Assembly (NCBI GenBank): GCA_035623795.1
Contig: DASPST010000104.1
Location: 5,366 to 69,365 of the forward strand
Source of the DNA: Terriglobales bacterium
Lineage (GTDB): Bacteria > Acidobacteriota > Terriglobia > Terriglobales > Acidobacteriaceae
Length of the DNA stretch: 64,000 nucleotides
Direction of reading: 5' to 3'
Shown: one piece after another, positions 1-8,221 of the stretch
How positions within the stretch are numbered: position 1 is the first letter of the stretch
How the letters are laid out: each line of letters begins with the position of its first letter
Translations under genes and position numbers: made by a program
The notes under the pieces: model-generated
Database searches by the model: none
The model's input: the letters and a program-made list of their open reading frames with translations, nothing else
Told to the model about the DNA's origin: nothing

Positions 1-177
1 GGCTGTCAGCGGATCTTCTCGTGTGTTCGGCGGCTCCTACGCAGTCCTATAGGCCGGGTCGGGCGATTCTCTTCAGCTCTCTCCAGGGCGCTGTTTCTGA
101 AGGAGTTGGCGCACCACACGGGGCTGGATGTGGCGCGGGTTACCAGTTACCGGCGTAATATGCCGGAGGGGCTTTGA
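1..177 (+). CDS. possible 3' end of a CDS truncated by the window edge (unknown product)
   Basis: Forward frame 1 is open from base 1 to TGA at 175-177. It has the strongest third-position G+C bias of the forward frames. The tail ...LKELAHHTGLDVARVTSYRRNMPEGL looks HTH-like, but I recognise no family. Confidence 0.25.
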   Translation, partial: GCQRIFSCVRRLLRSPIGRVGRFSSALSRALFLKELAHHTGLDVARVTSYRRNMPEGL

Positions 178-179
178 TG

Positions 180-208
180 TTGACCTGCCCATTCACCAAA
201 CTTACATT
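180..208 (+). promoter_or_regulatory. candidate sigma70-type promoter of the 226-1668 module
   Basis: TTGACC (180-185), 17 nt, TACATT (203-208). The paralogous module has the same architecture upstream: TTGACT-17-TACAGT at 49988-50016 on the minus strand. Confidence 0.4.
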
Positions 209-225
209 CGCCTGCAGGGGGTTGT

Positions 226-498
226 ATGAAGGACATCCATGAGGTTTTGCGCCGAAAGCAGGCGAAATACGCACAACTAGCCAAGCAGATCGAAGCTCTG
301 CAGCAGGCGGCGGAGAAGTTGCGCGAAGTTGCTCCCCTGCTGGCTGAGAATGAAGAGGACGATAACGTCGTTCTGGCGGAGATGGACGACGAATTGACTC
401 AATCCAACGTGATGGCCGCAAAAGCGTCCAGTTCCCAGCAAGGTGGGAGCGGTTCGTCGGCTAAGCCGGCCCGGGGAGTTGCTCCTCGTTGGCCCTAA
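226..498 (+). CDS. small coiled-coil protein with acidic then Ser/Gly-rich tail (hypothetical; small-partner family, copy 1)
   Basis: ATG start preceded by GGGGG. The N-terminus MKDIHEVLRRKQAKYAQLAKQIEALQQAAEKLREVAPLLAENEEDD is heptad-like. A close paralog lies at 49805-49969 (minus). The ORF ends 33 nt before the REC-PilZ gene. Confidence 0.6.
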   Translation: MKDIHEVLRRKQAKYAQLAKQIEALQQAAEKLREVAPLLAENEEDDNVVLAEMDDELTQSNVMAAKASSSQQGGSGSSAKPARGVAPRWP

Positions 499-531
499 TC
501 CGTGGAACGACGTGGCAGATGTGAGCGTGGT

Positions 532-1668
532 ATGACCCTTCAGGCTTTGCTGGTTACCAAAGACGATAGCGCTGCCGATGTCCTCAGCCGAGTGCTGGCC
601 AATCTGGGCGTGGCGGTCGAGCGTTTCAGCGATTCCAACGTCGCAGAGAATCGCCTGCGCGAGCATCGTTTTGACGCACTGGTGGTCGATTTCGACGAGC
701 CGGAGACGGCCAGCCAACTGTTGCAGGTTGGGCAGCCTTCGGGGTCCGGCGCCATCATGGTGACCGTCGCCCTGGTCAACCAGGAGTGCACGGTGCGACA
801 AGTGCTGAAGGCCGGAGCAAGATTTATTCTCTTCAAGCCCGTCAGCCCTGATCATGCGGCGGCTGGCCTGAGCGCGGCCACCGCCTTGTTGAAGCGCGAA
901 CGGCGATCCTCGTTTCGCGTAGCTGTCCAAGCCCCGATTCAGTTAAGCCTGCCGGGCGGGGATCCCATGGAAGGAATCATGCTCGATTTGAGCCAGACGG
1001 GCATGGACGTGCTCGCAGCACAGCCGCTGCATCCGGCGGCCCTCGTCGGACTGCGTTTTACCCTTCCGGACGGAAGCCTCGAAATTGAGACCCGCGGGGA
1101 AGTTGCGTGGGCGAATCCGAATGGCCAGTCGGGTGTGCGCTTTCTGGATATCCCTGCCGATGTGCTGGAGAAGCTGCAAGCCTGGCTCCTGGCCAATGCT
1201 CCGGAAGTTCCCTCCGAGGACACGGACTTCGTTTCTCATTGCAAGCTCACCGACCTCAGCCTGGGTGGGTGCTACGTCGAAACCGACTCTCCCTTTCCCG
1301 AGCAGGCGCTGGTGGATCTCTGCCTGAAAGCGGAAGACATGGAGATCCACGCCGATGGCGTCGTGCGCATCATGCATCCCGGCTCCGGCATGGGCCTTGA
1401 GTTTCCTTCTCGTACTGAAGAACAGCGCGAAACCGTCACCAAGTTCATTGAGTTCCTCGCCAGCCGGCCTGGAACTACCCCTGAGCTCCTGATTGCTCCG
1501 CGTTCCATGACCGCTGATGAAAGCCAGTTCCAGTCGGCTGGCAGCGCCGAAGACACACTCGACGATCCGCTGCTGGAATTGCTCCGTAATGGCCCAGCGC
1601 TCTCGGAAGAGGAGTTTCTCGTGGAGCTGCGCCGCCAGCGCCATTCCGAGTCCATTGCCTCCAACTGA
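532..1668 (+). CDS. response-regulator receiver (REC) plus tandem PilZ domain protein
   Basis: CheY-like N-terminus (LLVTKDD, ALVVDFDE, ILFKPV). PilZ-1 has the RSSFR and DLSQTG motifs. PilZ-2 has DLSLGG but no RxxxR. I chose ATG 532 over the GTG at 502 used in the ORF track. Paralog of 48603-49763. Confidence 0.8.
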   Translation: MTLQALLVTKDDSAADVLSRVLANLGVAVERFSDSNVAENRLREHRFDALVVDFDEPETASQLLQVGQPSGSGAIMVTVALVNQECTVRQVLKAGARFILFKPVSPDHAAAGLSAATALLKRERRSSFRVAVQAPIQLSLPGGDPMEGIMLDLSQTGMDVLAAQPLHPAALVGLRFTLPDGSLEIETRGEVAWANPNGQSGVRFLDIPADVLEKLQAWLLANAPEVPSEDTDFVSHCKLTDLSLGGCYVETDSPFPEQALVDLCLKAEDMEIHADGVVRIMHPGSGMGLEFPSRTEEQRETVTKFIEFLASRPGTTPELLIAPRSMTADESQFQSAGSAEDTLDDPLLELLRNGPALSEEEFLVELRRQRHSESIASN

Positions 1669-2005
1669 GCAGGTTTTGGAATAACCCTGCGTCCGCCCAG
1701 AGACTGTTTCCAGCGATCCTGAAGGTCGGAGAGAAGTCCTACACGGGTATCCTGGCAGGAACCGCAGCGGCAGTCTGGCCTGGGAACCGAAGGGCCAGCA
1801 CCCCGTCTCTGGCGTGACCCCTCGAGTTCCCAGTGGTCTGTTCCACCTCGATGCGAAAGACGCTAAAGCCCGGGTGTTACATGAATATTGCAATCGTGTG
1901 AATTCTCGTTGAAAGAAAATCAAAGCTTTCCACACCCTGCGCTCACTTGTCTTGGTGACAGGAGTCACTGCCTCTTCGGCCATCCGGTCCTAGGGTAGAA
2001 GTAGG

Positions 2006-2022
2006 GGTTCCCGGCGGGAACC
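2006..2022. promoter_or_regulatory. perfect palindrome GGTTCCCG-G-CGGGAACC just upstream of usp
   Basis: 8+8 bp inverted repeat read directly, 18 nt before the ATG at 2040 and abutting the AGGAAG ribosome-binding region. It could be an operator or a 5'-UTR hairpin. Confidence 0.3.
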
Positions 2023-2039
2023 AGGAAGCGAAGGCGCTT

Positions 2040-2921
2040 ATGCCAACCGCGAAGACAAGTACCCGCCTTACCTTTGATAACATTCTCTTCCCCACTGATT
2101 TCACTGGGGCATCGGACGCCGCTCTGCCCTACGTTTTGGCTGTCGCCCGCTGGTACGGAGCCAAAGTCTTCATAACCCACGCGGTCGCCCCGCCCACCCC
2201 GCTCAGCATTCCACTGGAGCCCATTCCCCTCGAGATGGATGCGCTCTGGCAAGAAGCCAGGAGACGAGCAGATCAGTTCCTGCAGTCACATTGCCTACAG
2301 GACACAAAGAAGGAGGTCATACTCGAACAGGGCGCTTTGTGGAGCGTCCTTTCTGATGTGATCCGCAAACACTCCGTCGATCTTATTGTGTTAGGAACGC
2401 ATGGACGCCATGGCTTGAAGAAACTGGTCCTTGGTTCTTCGGCTGAACAAATTTTCCGTCAGGCTCCCTGTCCTGTCCTGACGATTGGCCCGAAGGTCAG
2501 CGCGAACTCCGTCGTCGATCGCTTGAGAACCATTCTGTTCGCCACCGATTTCTCCTCCGGGTCGCTGCACGCACTGCCTTATGCTCTGTCGCTAGCCGAG
2601 GAGAATGAGGCCGCGATTACGCTTCTGCACTCGATCCCACTGGTGCCCCTGCACCATCAGGAGACGGTGAGGGGAAGTGCAATCCGGCGGCTGCAGTCCC
2701 TGCTCCCGTCCGATGCAACCGACTGGTGCCGTCCGAAATCGGTGGTCCGCTTCGAATTTCCGGTAGAAGCAATTCTCCGTCAGGCTGAGGAGGAGCAGGC
2801 GGACCTGATCGTGATGGGCGTCCATCGGCAGACGCCGCACGCCTCGGCGCACCTGCCCTGGGCCATCGCGTACGAAGTTGTGTGTCGCGGATCTTGCCCG
2901 GTGCTGACCGTGCGCGGCTGA
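2040..2921 (+). CDS. universal stress protein, tandem UspA domains
   Basis: Two Usp-like halves: ILFPTDFTGASDAALPYV...IVLGTHGRHGLKKLVLGSSAEQIFRQAPCPVLT and ILFATDFSSGS...IVMGVH...CPVLTV. Confidence 0.85.
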   Translation: MPTAKTSTRLTFDNILFPTDFTGASDAALPYVLAVARWYGAKVFITHAVAPPTPLSIPLEPIPLEMDALWQEARRRADQFLQSHCLQDTKKEVILEQGALWSVLSDVIRKHSVDLIVLGTHGRHGLKKLVLGSSAEQIFRQAPCPVLTIGPKVSANSVVDRLRTILFATDFSSGSLHALPYALSLAEENEAAITLLHSIPLVPLHHQETVRGSAIRRLQSLLPSDATDWCRPKSVVRFEFPVEAILRQAEEEQADLIVMGVHRQTPHASAHLPWAIAYEVVCRGSCPVLTVRG

Positions 2922-2936
2922 CGGTGGTGAACATTA

Positions 2937-2971
2937 ACGGCGGGCGCGGCAAGATGCGCCCGTCGTTTCTT
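2937..2971 (+). terminator. rho-independent terminator after usp
   Basis: ACGGCGGGCGC / GCGCCCGTCGT forms an 11-bp stem with one G-T pair and an 8-nt loop, followed by TTCTT. Confidence 0.55.
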
Positions 2972-3121
2972 GGCGTTCCACCTGGAGTTCCCGCTCCTCA
3001 CACGAACTGGTACAGTTAGGGCTGCGTCCCCAACCCACCTCAGGAGCCGCGCTCTCTGGAACCGTCGCCCTCAGTCCCAAGCTGTGTCTCGGATAAGGGA
3101 AAGGCCAATTCTGCGCCTGAT

Positions 3122-4744
3122 TTGTCTCTATTGCTTACGCCGGGCCTTGCCGTGATGGCGGCATCTTTCGCCGTGGTCGTGTCCTTTTCCTTCCTAGGCA
3201 ATCCGTCAGGCCATGACTTCGAGTTCCACATGTATTCGTGGATGGAAGTCCTGAACCAGTGGAAACAAGGTGTCCTTTACCCACGATGGGCCGCGTTATC
3301 CCACTGGGCCTACGGCGAGGCTCGCTTCCTTTTCTACCCGCCTGTTTCGTGGAGCCTGGGCGGAATGCTGGGAGCTGTGCTCCCCTGGAAAGCCGTGCCG
3401 GGCGCGTTCATCTGGCTGGCACTGACCGCCGCTGGCTGCTCCATGTTTACGTTATCCCGCCGCTGGCTCAGTCGCAGCGATGCGGTTGTGGCCTCGGTTG
3501 TTTACGCCGCTAACCCCTACCACATCGTGATTGTGTATTGGCGGAGTGCTCTCGCGGAGTTGCTGGCAAGCTGCCTCCTCCCGTTGTTGCTCCTGCTGAT
3601 TTTGAAGTCCGTGGACGAGGGAAATCGGATGGTGTTTCCCCTGGGCCTGGTCGTGGCTGTCGCCTGGCTGACCAACGTGCCGTCAGCGGTCATGGTGAAC
3701 TACTCCTTGGCGTTACTCGTCGTTGTCGTCGCGGTTGCGCACCGCGCCCCACGCGTGCTCTGGTACGGCGCGCTCGCGGTTGTGCTCGGGGCTGCGCTGG
3801 CAGCGTTTTACTTGGTGCCAGCGGCCTACGAGGAGAAGTGGATCAACGTGGACCAGGTTTTCTCTCCTGGGGTACGACCGGAAGACAATTTTCTGTTCAC
3901 GACCATCCCCGACCCCGACCACAACAATTTCAATCGTATCGTTTCCACCATCGCTGTCGCCGAGATGATTGTACTGGCGGGCGCCCTTGCTCTTTCACGC
4001 CGATTGCGTAGAGATCACAAGGCCGCATGGTGGAGCCTGGCCCTCTGGGGAATCGCGGCCGGCGGACTGATGTTCCCCATCACCTTGCTTTTCTGGCACT
4101 ATCTGCCCAAGCTGCGCTACTTGCAGTTTCCCTGGCGTTGGCTGCTTTGCCTCAACGTGCCACTCGCGATTCTGCTCGTGATGGCATGGCGCCGCTGGGT
4201 CCCACGCGTAGTCTTGTATGTTTTACTGCTTGGGGTGATCGCAGTCGTTTGGCACCGAGTGCAGGAGCCGTGGTGGGACAATGCCGCCGACGTAAAAGAA
4301 ATGCAGGATGCCATCGCTGACGCGACCGGATACGAGGGCACCGATGAGTATGTCCCAGCGGGGGTTGATCCCCTTGATTTGAATAAGAACGCTCCACTGG
4401 TGGCCGCGGAACCGGGGACGAACCTTCAGATCAGGTCGTGGAAACCTGAATCCCGGAGCTTCGTTGCCGAGGTGACGAGGCCGGAAGAACTGCGTTTACG
4501 CCTCTTCAACTATCCGGCCTGGCGAGTTGAAGTAAACCATAGGCAGGTTCACGCTGAGACTACTGCCATCACAGGCGAGATGCTGATTCCAGTGGAAGTC
4601 GGCCGCAATGAGGTCATGGTCAGTTTCGAGCGCACGTGGGATCGCTCCCTAGGTGGGATTGTGTCGTCCGTCTCTGCCCTAGGCATGGTGCTGTGGCGCA
4701 TTATGCAATGGCGGGAGCGTGCTTTGACCAAAACGACGTCCTGA
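3122..4744 (+). CDS. polytopic membrane protein, PTPS-related / glycosyltransferase-like family
   Basis: Many TM helices. The N-terminal GHDFEFHMYSWMEVLNQWKQGVLYPRW motif resembles the membrane family annotated as 6-pyruvoyl-tetrahydropterin synthase-related. The start is uncertain: TTG 3122 or ATG 3152. Confidence 0.6.
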   Translation: MSLLLTPGLAVMAASFAVVVSFSFLGNPSGHDFEFHMYSWMEVLNQWKQGVLYPRWAALSHWAYGEARFLFYPPVSWSLGGMLGAVLPWKAVPGAFIWLALTAAGCSMFTLSRRWLSRSDAVVASVVYAANPYHIVIVYWRSALAELLASCLLPLLLLLILKSVDEGNRMVFPLGLVVAVAWLTNVPSAVMVNYSLALLVVVVAVAHRAPRVLWYGALAVVLGAALAAFYLVPAAYEEKWINVDQVFSPGVRPEDNFLFTTIPDPDHNNFNRIVSTIAVAEMIVLAGALALSRRLRRDHKAAWWSLALWGIAAGGLMFPITLLFWHYLPKLRYLQFPWRWLLCLNVPLAILLVMAWRRWVPRVVLYVLLLGVIAVVWHRVQEPWWDNAADVKEMQDAIADATGYEGTDEYVPAGVDPLDLNKNAPLVAAEPGTNLQIRSWKPESRSFVAEVTRPEELRLRLFNYPAWRVEVNHRQVHAETTAITGEMLIPVEVGRNEVMVSFERTWDRSLGGIVSSVSALGMVLWRIMQWRERALTKTTS

Positions 4745-4797
4745 GCATTGGTTAATTGAGGGATGATGTCCGCCGCCTGCAGTCTGATCGGCTCGTT

Positions 4798-5427
4798 ATG
4801 AGGAGAATTCTCGTCGCCACGTCCAACCCCGGCAAACTGCGGGACTTTGCCGCAGCCGCGATCGGGCACGAAATCGAAATAGCAGGGATCCCGAACTTCG
4901 CCGCGCTGCAGCCGGTGGTCGAAGATGGATCAAGCTTCGACGTGAACGCATGCAAGAAGGCGCAACAGTACAGCCTCGCTGCTCCGGAGGAAATTGTGGT
5001 CGCCGACGACTCGGGTCTTGAGGTCGACGCCCTCCAAGGTGAGCCCGGTGTGCGCTCGGCCCGTTACGCCGCCGAAGATCCGAGCCGGGCCGGAAGTAAT
5101 ACGGATGACGACAGCAACAACGCGCGCGTGCTGCGTGAGCTCCGCGGCGTGCCGCTCGAAAAACGTACGGGACGGTTCGTCTGCGTCATCGCCGCAGCAC
5201 GGAACGGAAATTTACTGGGCACGTTTCGGGGAGTGGCTGAAGGGCTCATCCTCGATCACCCCCAGGGCACCGGCGGTTTCGGTTACGATCCCCTCTTCTA
5301 TTTTCCTTCGCTCCAGAAGACCTTTGCTGAACTTCGGCCGGAGGAGAAAGCGCGGTATAGCCATCGCGGCCAGGCGCTGCTCAAATTTCTAGCCTGGATG
5401 GATAAGCGGGAGGGATCGGTTGCGTGA
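4798..5427 (+). CDS. rdgB: non-canonical purine NTP pyrophosphatase (RdgB/HAM1 family)
   Basis: MRRILVATSNPGKLRDF..., DDSGLEVDAL.G.PG..SARY, FGYDP.F family signatures. ATG 4798 chosen. Confidence 0.9.
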   Translation: MRRILVATSNPGKLRDFAAAAIGHEIEIAGIPNFAALQPVVEDGSSFDVNACKKAQQYSLAAPEEIVVADDSGLEVDALQGEPGVRSARYAAEDPSRAGSNTDDDSNNARVLRELRGVPLEKRTGRFVCVIAAARNGNLLGTFRGVAEGLILDHPQGTGGFGYDPLFYFPSLQKTFAELRPEEKARYSHRGQALLKFLAWMDKREGSVA

Positions 5428-5475
5428 AGGTCGCCCTGACCTGCCTTCCACTTCCCTAGTAGTCAATTGTTTCAA

Positions 5476-5748
5476 CTAGATAGGCTTGGACTGGTGTCCA
5501 ACTGATGTCCAATTGGGATCCTGGACGTTCGTCTCAAACGTGGCCATGGCCTTCCGGACCTGATCATCCACGGGGAGAATGTAGTAAGCCTCCGTGGTCT
5601 TCACATCGGAGTGACGAAGAATCGCCTGGATGACCTTGGGCGGCACTCCCATGTAGTAAAGATTCGTACCCAATCCACGACGGCAAGCGTGCCAGCCGGC
5701 TCGATCCCTGTGTGCATCGCGACTTTGGATGCGGTGGGAAGGATCCAC
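5476..5748 (-). pseudogene. tyrosine recombinase (phage integrase family), C-terminal fragment only
   Basis: WHACRRGLGTNLYYMGVPPKVIQAILRHSDVKTTEAYY carries the box II H-x-x-R ... H ... Y catalytic signature. Nothing integrase-like lies upstream of about 5705 in any frame. Confidence 0.7.
5490..5512 (+). repeat. att-like direct repeat, left copy
   Basis: acTGGTGTCCAACTGATGTCCAA, an internal tandem of an 11-bp unit TG(G/A)TGT(C/T)CAA. CCTGGACGTT follows 6 nt later. Confidence 0.4.
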
Positions 5749-6205
5749 GGCATCACCGACTGGCGTCCGGCGGCTCCGGCGGCTCCGTCGTCTCCGACTC
5801 CACCTTTGCCGCCGGTGATGCTGAGCACCTCGGTGTCGGGAACCACCGGCACGATCATTCCCGCCACCGTTCCTCCTCCCAACACCCTGGTTCAGATCTG
5901 GCAGATTCTCTGCTCGACCACCTCCGCCTCGACCTCAACCACCGCAACGATCTCCTGGCTCGTCTACGTGCCCCCGGGCACCGCGCCGGTGCCGCGGCCT
6001 ACCACCCAGACGCTGGTTCTCGATCCCCGACCATAACCAGCCTTGCCCCAGTTGTGGTGCAGTGGTTTCCTCAATCCTTCTAGGCCGGGGCGGGACGAAG
6101 ATGCTTTCCTCCAAACCACGAGGACGATTTCCTGGCCGACCGGGCGGACTGGATTGTGCTCATCAAAAGATGGCGGCCGGGAAGGCGGAGGCGAGGGCCT
6201 AAAAA

Positions 6206-6802
6206 TCAGAAAGACCTCCCCTGGGCGGCGTCCAGGCGGGATTGAATCTCTCTAATTGCAGCCGCTGAGCCCGAGGTCTGCTGGATCCTGAGGTACTTAC
6301 TGCCAAGGCCGCGGAGGTTCGGCAGTGCATCGTACGCAGGATCCGTATGTAGCGTGTTCTTCGCTTTGGTTAGGAAGCTAACGAGCTCCGTATCCCCTCC
6401 CCGCTTATAAGCGCTCATCGCACCCTTGTAGAATTCACGGGCGACTGCCCTCCCCTCTATCATCTCCCAAAGCCCCTCTCTCCCAATGACCGGATCCAAC
6501 AGAGTGAGATCGCCCCAAGTTGAGCCGTCGGAGAATTGGACCAACAATGGAACTACCTTGGTGATGGCAAGACCGTTGGCGGTCACAAAGCTCGCGCCTG
6601 GTGGCTCACCGCCTGGCTTGAAATAAAAGTCATCTGCTCCTAGGTTGGTTACTAGGAGAATAATCGTTTTCCTCGAGACGTTTGTAGCAGTGCCATTGAC
6701 GCTGAAGGTTACTGGTGGACTCGGATCTGGCGTCTGACCTGTGAGTGTCACCGCCAAGGCAATAATTGTCCCTGTTAACCACCGCCACCTCGTTCCGGTC
6801 AT
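6206..6802 (-). CDS. secreted hypothetical protein (tandem paralog A)
   Basis: Signal-peptide-like N-terminus MTGTRWRWLTGTIIALAVTLTG. The C-terminal half (REFYKGAMSAYKRGGDTELVSFLTKAKN...KYLRIQQTSGSAAAIREIQSRLDAAQGRSF) is strongly similar to 6878-7255. Confidence 0.6.
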   Translation of the reverse strand: MTGTRWRWLTGTIIALAVTLTGQTPDPSPPVTFSVNGTATNVSRKTIILLVTNLGADDFYFKPGGEPPGASFVTANGLAITKVVPLLVQFSDGSTWGDLTLLDPVIGREGLWEMIEGRAVAREFYKGAMSAYKRGGDTELVSFLTKAKNTLHTDPAYDALPNLRGLGSKYLRIQQTSGSAAAIREIQSRLDAAQGRSF

Positions 6803-6877
6803 AGCCCCCCCCGGTTTCCGCGCTGGTCACGGCGAGTCAGGACCTTTTTCATCTGCCCGCTGGGCCTGTCTACCCAA

Positions 6878-7322
6878 TTAGAATGACCTCCCCTTGGCAG
6901 CGTCCAGATGTGATTGGATTTCGTTAATTGCCGCCAGTGATCCCGAGGTCTGCTGGATCCTGAGATACTTGCCCCCCAGTTCGCGCAGGTTAGGGAATGG
7001 ATCAACAGGGTCCCTATTGGTGGGGGGCGAGTTCTTTGCTTGGGTAAGGAATTTGACCAAATCATAGTCCCCGCCCAGGTCATACGCGCTGATTGCGCCT
7101 TGGTAGAACTCGCGGGCAACGAGCCTGCCTTGCATCATGTCAGCAAACTCAGTCTGGAGCAGAGAACTGTCGCCCCAAATCGTTCCGTCAGCAAACTGCA
7201 CAACGACCACCTCAGCTTTCGTAATTGGGAGCTGATCTGGACTCGGCCCCGCCATCTGATAAGATTCGCCAGCAGCCAAAGGCTGAGCAGAGCAGCAGAC
7301 TACAAACCCAAGGTTTCCGCAT
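6878..7322 (-). pseudogene. tandem paralog B of 6206-6802, probably frameshifted between signal peptide and mature domain
   Basis: GAGGAG then ATG at 7322 gives MRKPWVCSLLLCSAFG... in one frame, stopping at 7212-7214. The conserved domain (...VVVVQFADGTIWGD...KYLRIQQTSGSLAAINEIQSHLDAAKGRSF) is in another frame. The track ORF's 5' extension to 7459 overlaps the ligase fragment on the opposite strand. Confidence 0.45.
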
Positions 7323-7406
7323 GTCGTCTCCTCAGAAGCGGCGTGATCGCAATTATAGTCACAGGGCCGGGTCAGGAAAGGGGCGGCTTGCAGGGGTAGA
7401 AGGCCG

Positions 7407-7598
7407 TTGTTTAAGCTCGCCTGTGCACGTGATCTTGAGGGTGTGGTTGCGACGTGCAAGCGGGGGCGCTACATGGAGGGCGACCACCGCACCAGCTGGG
7501 TGAAGATCAAGAACCGCAAGTACAGCCAGAGCATCGGACGCGAAAAGCTTTTCGAAAAGCGACAAGCTGACTCACATAAGAACAAAGGCCTCGCCTAG
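7407..7598 (+). pseudogene. ATP-dependent DNA ligase, C-terminal (OB-fold tail) fragment
   Basis: DLEGVVA..KRGRY..G.....WVKIKNRKYSQSIGREKLFEKR matches the typical end of bacterial ATP-dependent ligases (LigC/LigD-type). No adenylation domain lies upstream. Confidence 0.55.
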
Positions 7599-7608
7599 AA
7601 GGAGGGAT

Positions 7609-7785
7609 ATGGACGTTTATCAGGCCCTGGCGCAAAAAGTGGTGGATCTGGAGCGGGTACGGAAGGAAATCGCGGCTCTCCACCTTGCGATTCCGTTGCT
7701 GGTCGAAGAGGCAGACTGGGCGGAAAATGGCTGTTTTCCCAAGAGCCCTAGCAGTTTGCACGAGCGGGAACCGCAAGCGTCATAG
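7609..7785 (+). CDS. small coiled-coil protein (orphan third member of the small-partner family?)
   Basis: Strong AAGGAGG precedes the ATG. The 58-aa product is MDVYQALAQKVVDLERVRKEIAALHLAIPLLVEEADW... It shares the pattern of N-terminal helix, I.AL, PLL and an acidic run with 226-498 and 49805-49969. Confidence 0.4.
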   Translation: MDVYQALAQKVVDLERVRKEIAALHLAIPLLVEEADWAENGCFPKSPSSLHEREPQAS

Positions 7786-8221
7786 GGAGTCGCACGTCGT
7801 CCATCAAGAGAGGGACACGCTTGGATGCGGTCCCCCCTCTGGTTGGTAGCCCTGCAGTATCTCCCCACGCAGGGCCACGTTCCCCATATGCATGGGCGAT
7901 TCTAGCCTAAGGAGTGCCACCTGCCTGTTGCGTATGTGGATGCACTATGGGTACGAGGTGCCTTACCTACCTTCGGCGGGCTTTCGCAATTCCGTTTTCT
8001 CAAGGCGAAACTCTGTGTGACATTGCAAAGCGACGGGAGGCTTCGTCAGGTCATTGAGGACGGGAAGGGGGGGTGGTGGTTCCGCTCGCAAACGCACCTC
8101 AATTTTCTGACTGGCACGACCTGCTGGGCAATCTCAATCTCCTTTTTAGCCCCAAGGCCGAAGAAAGCGTTGGCTGGTATTGTGACAGGCAGAAAGATAG
8201 CGTCGAATCCCGATAACGTGG

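Noticed and set aside
943-1983. 346-aa minus-strand ORF
   Set aside because: It is antisense to the REC-PilZ gene, which is supported by a full-length paralog.
5611-6036. 141-aa Pro/Thr-rich plus-strand ORF
   Set aside because: Its 5' third is antisense to the integrase fragment. The remainder shares wobble positions with an equally plausible Gly-rich minus frame, so no gene can be called. It is reported only as an ambiguous remnant.
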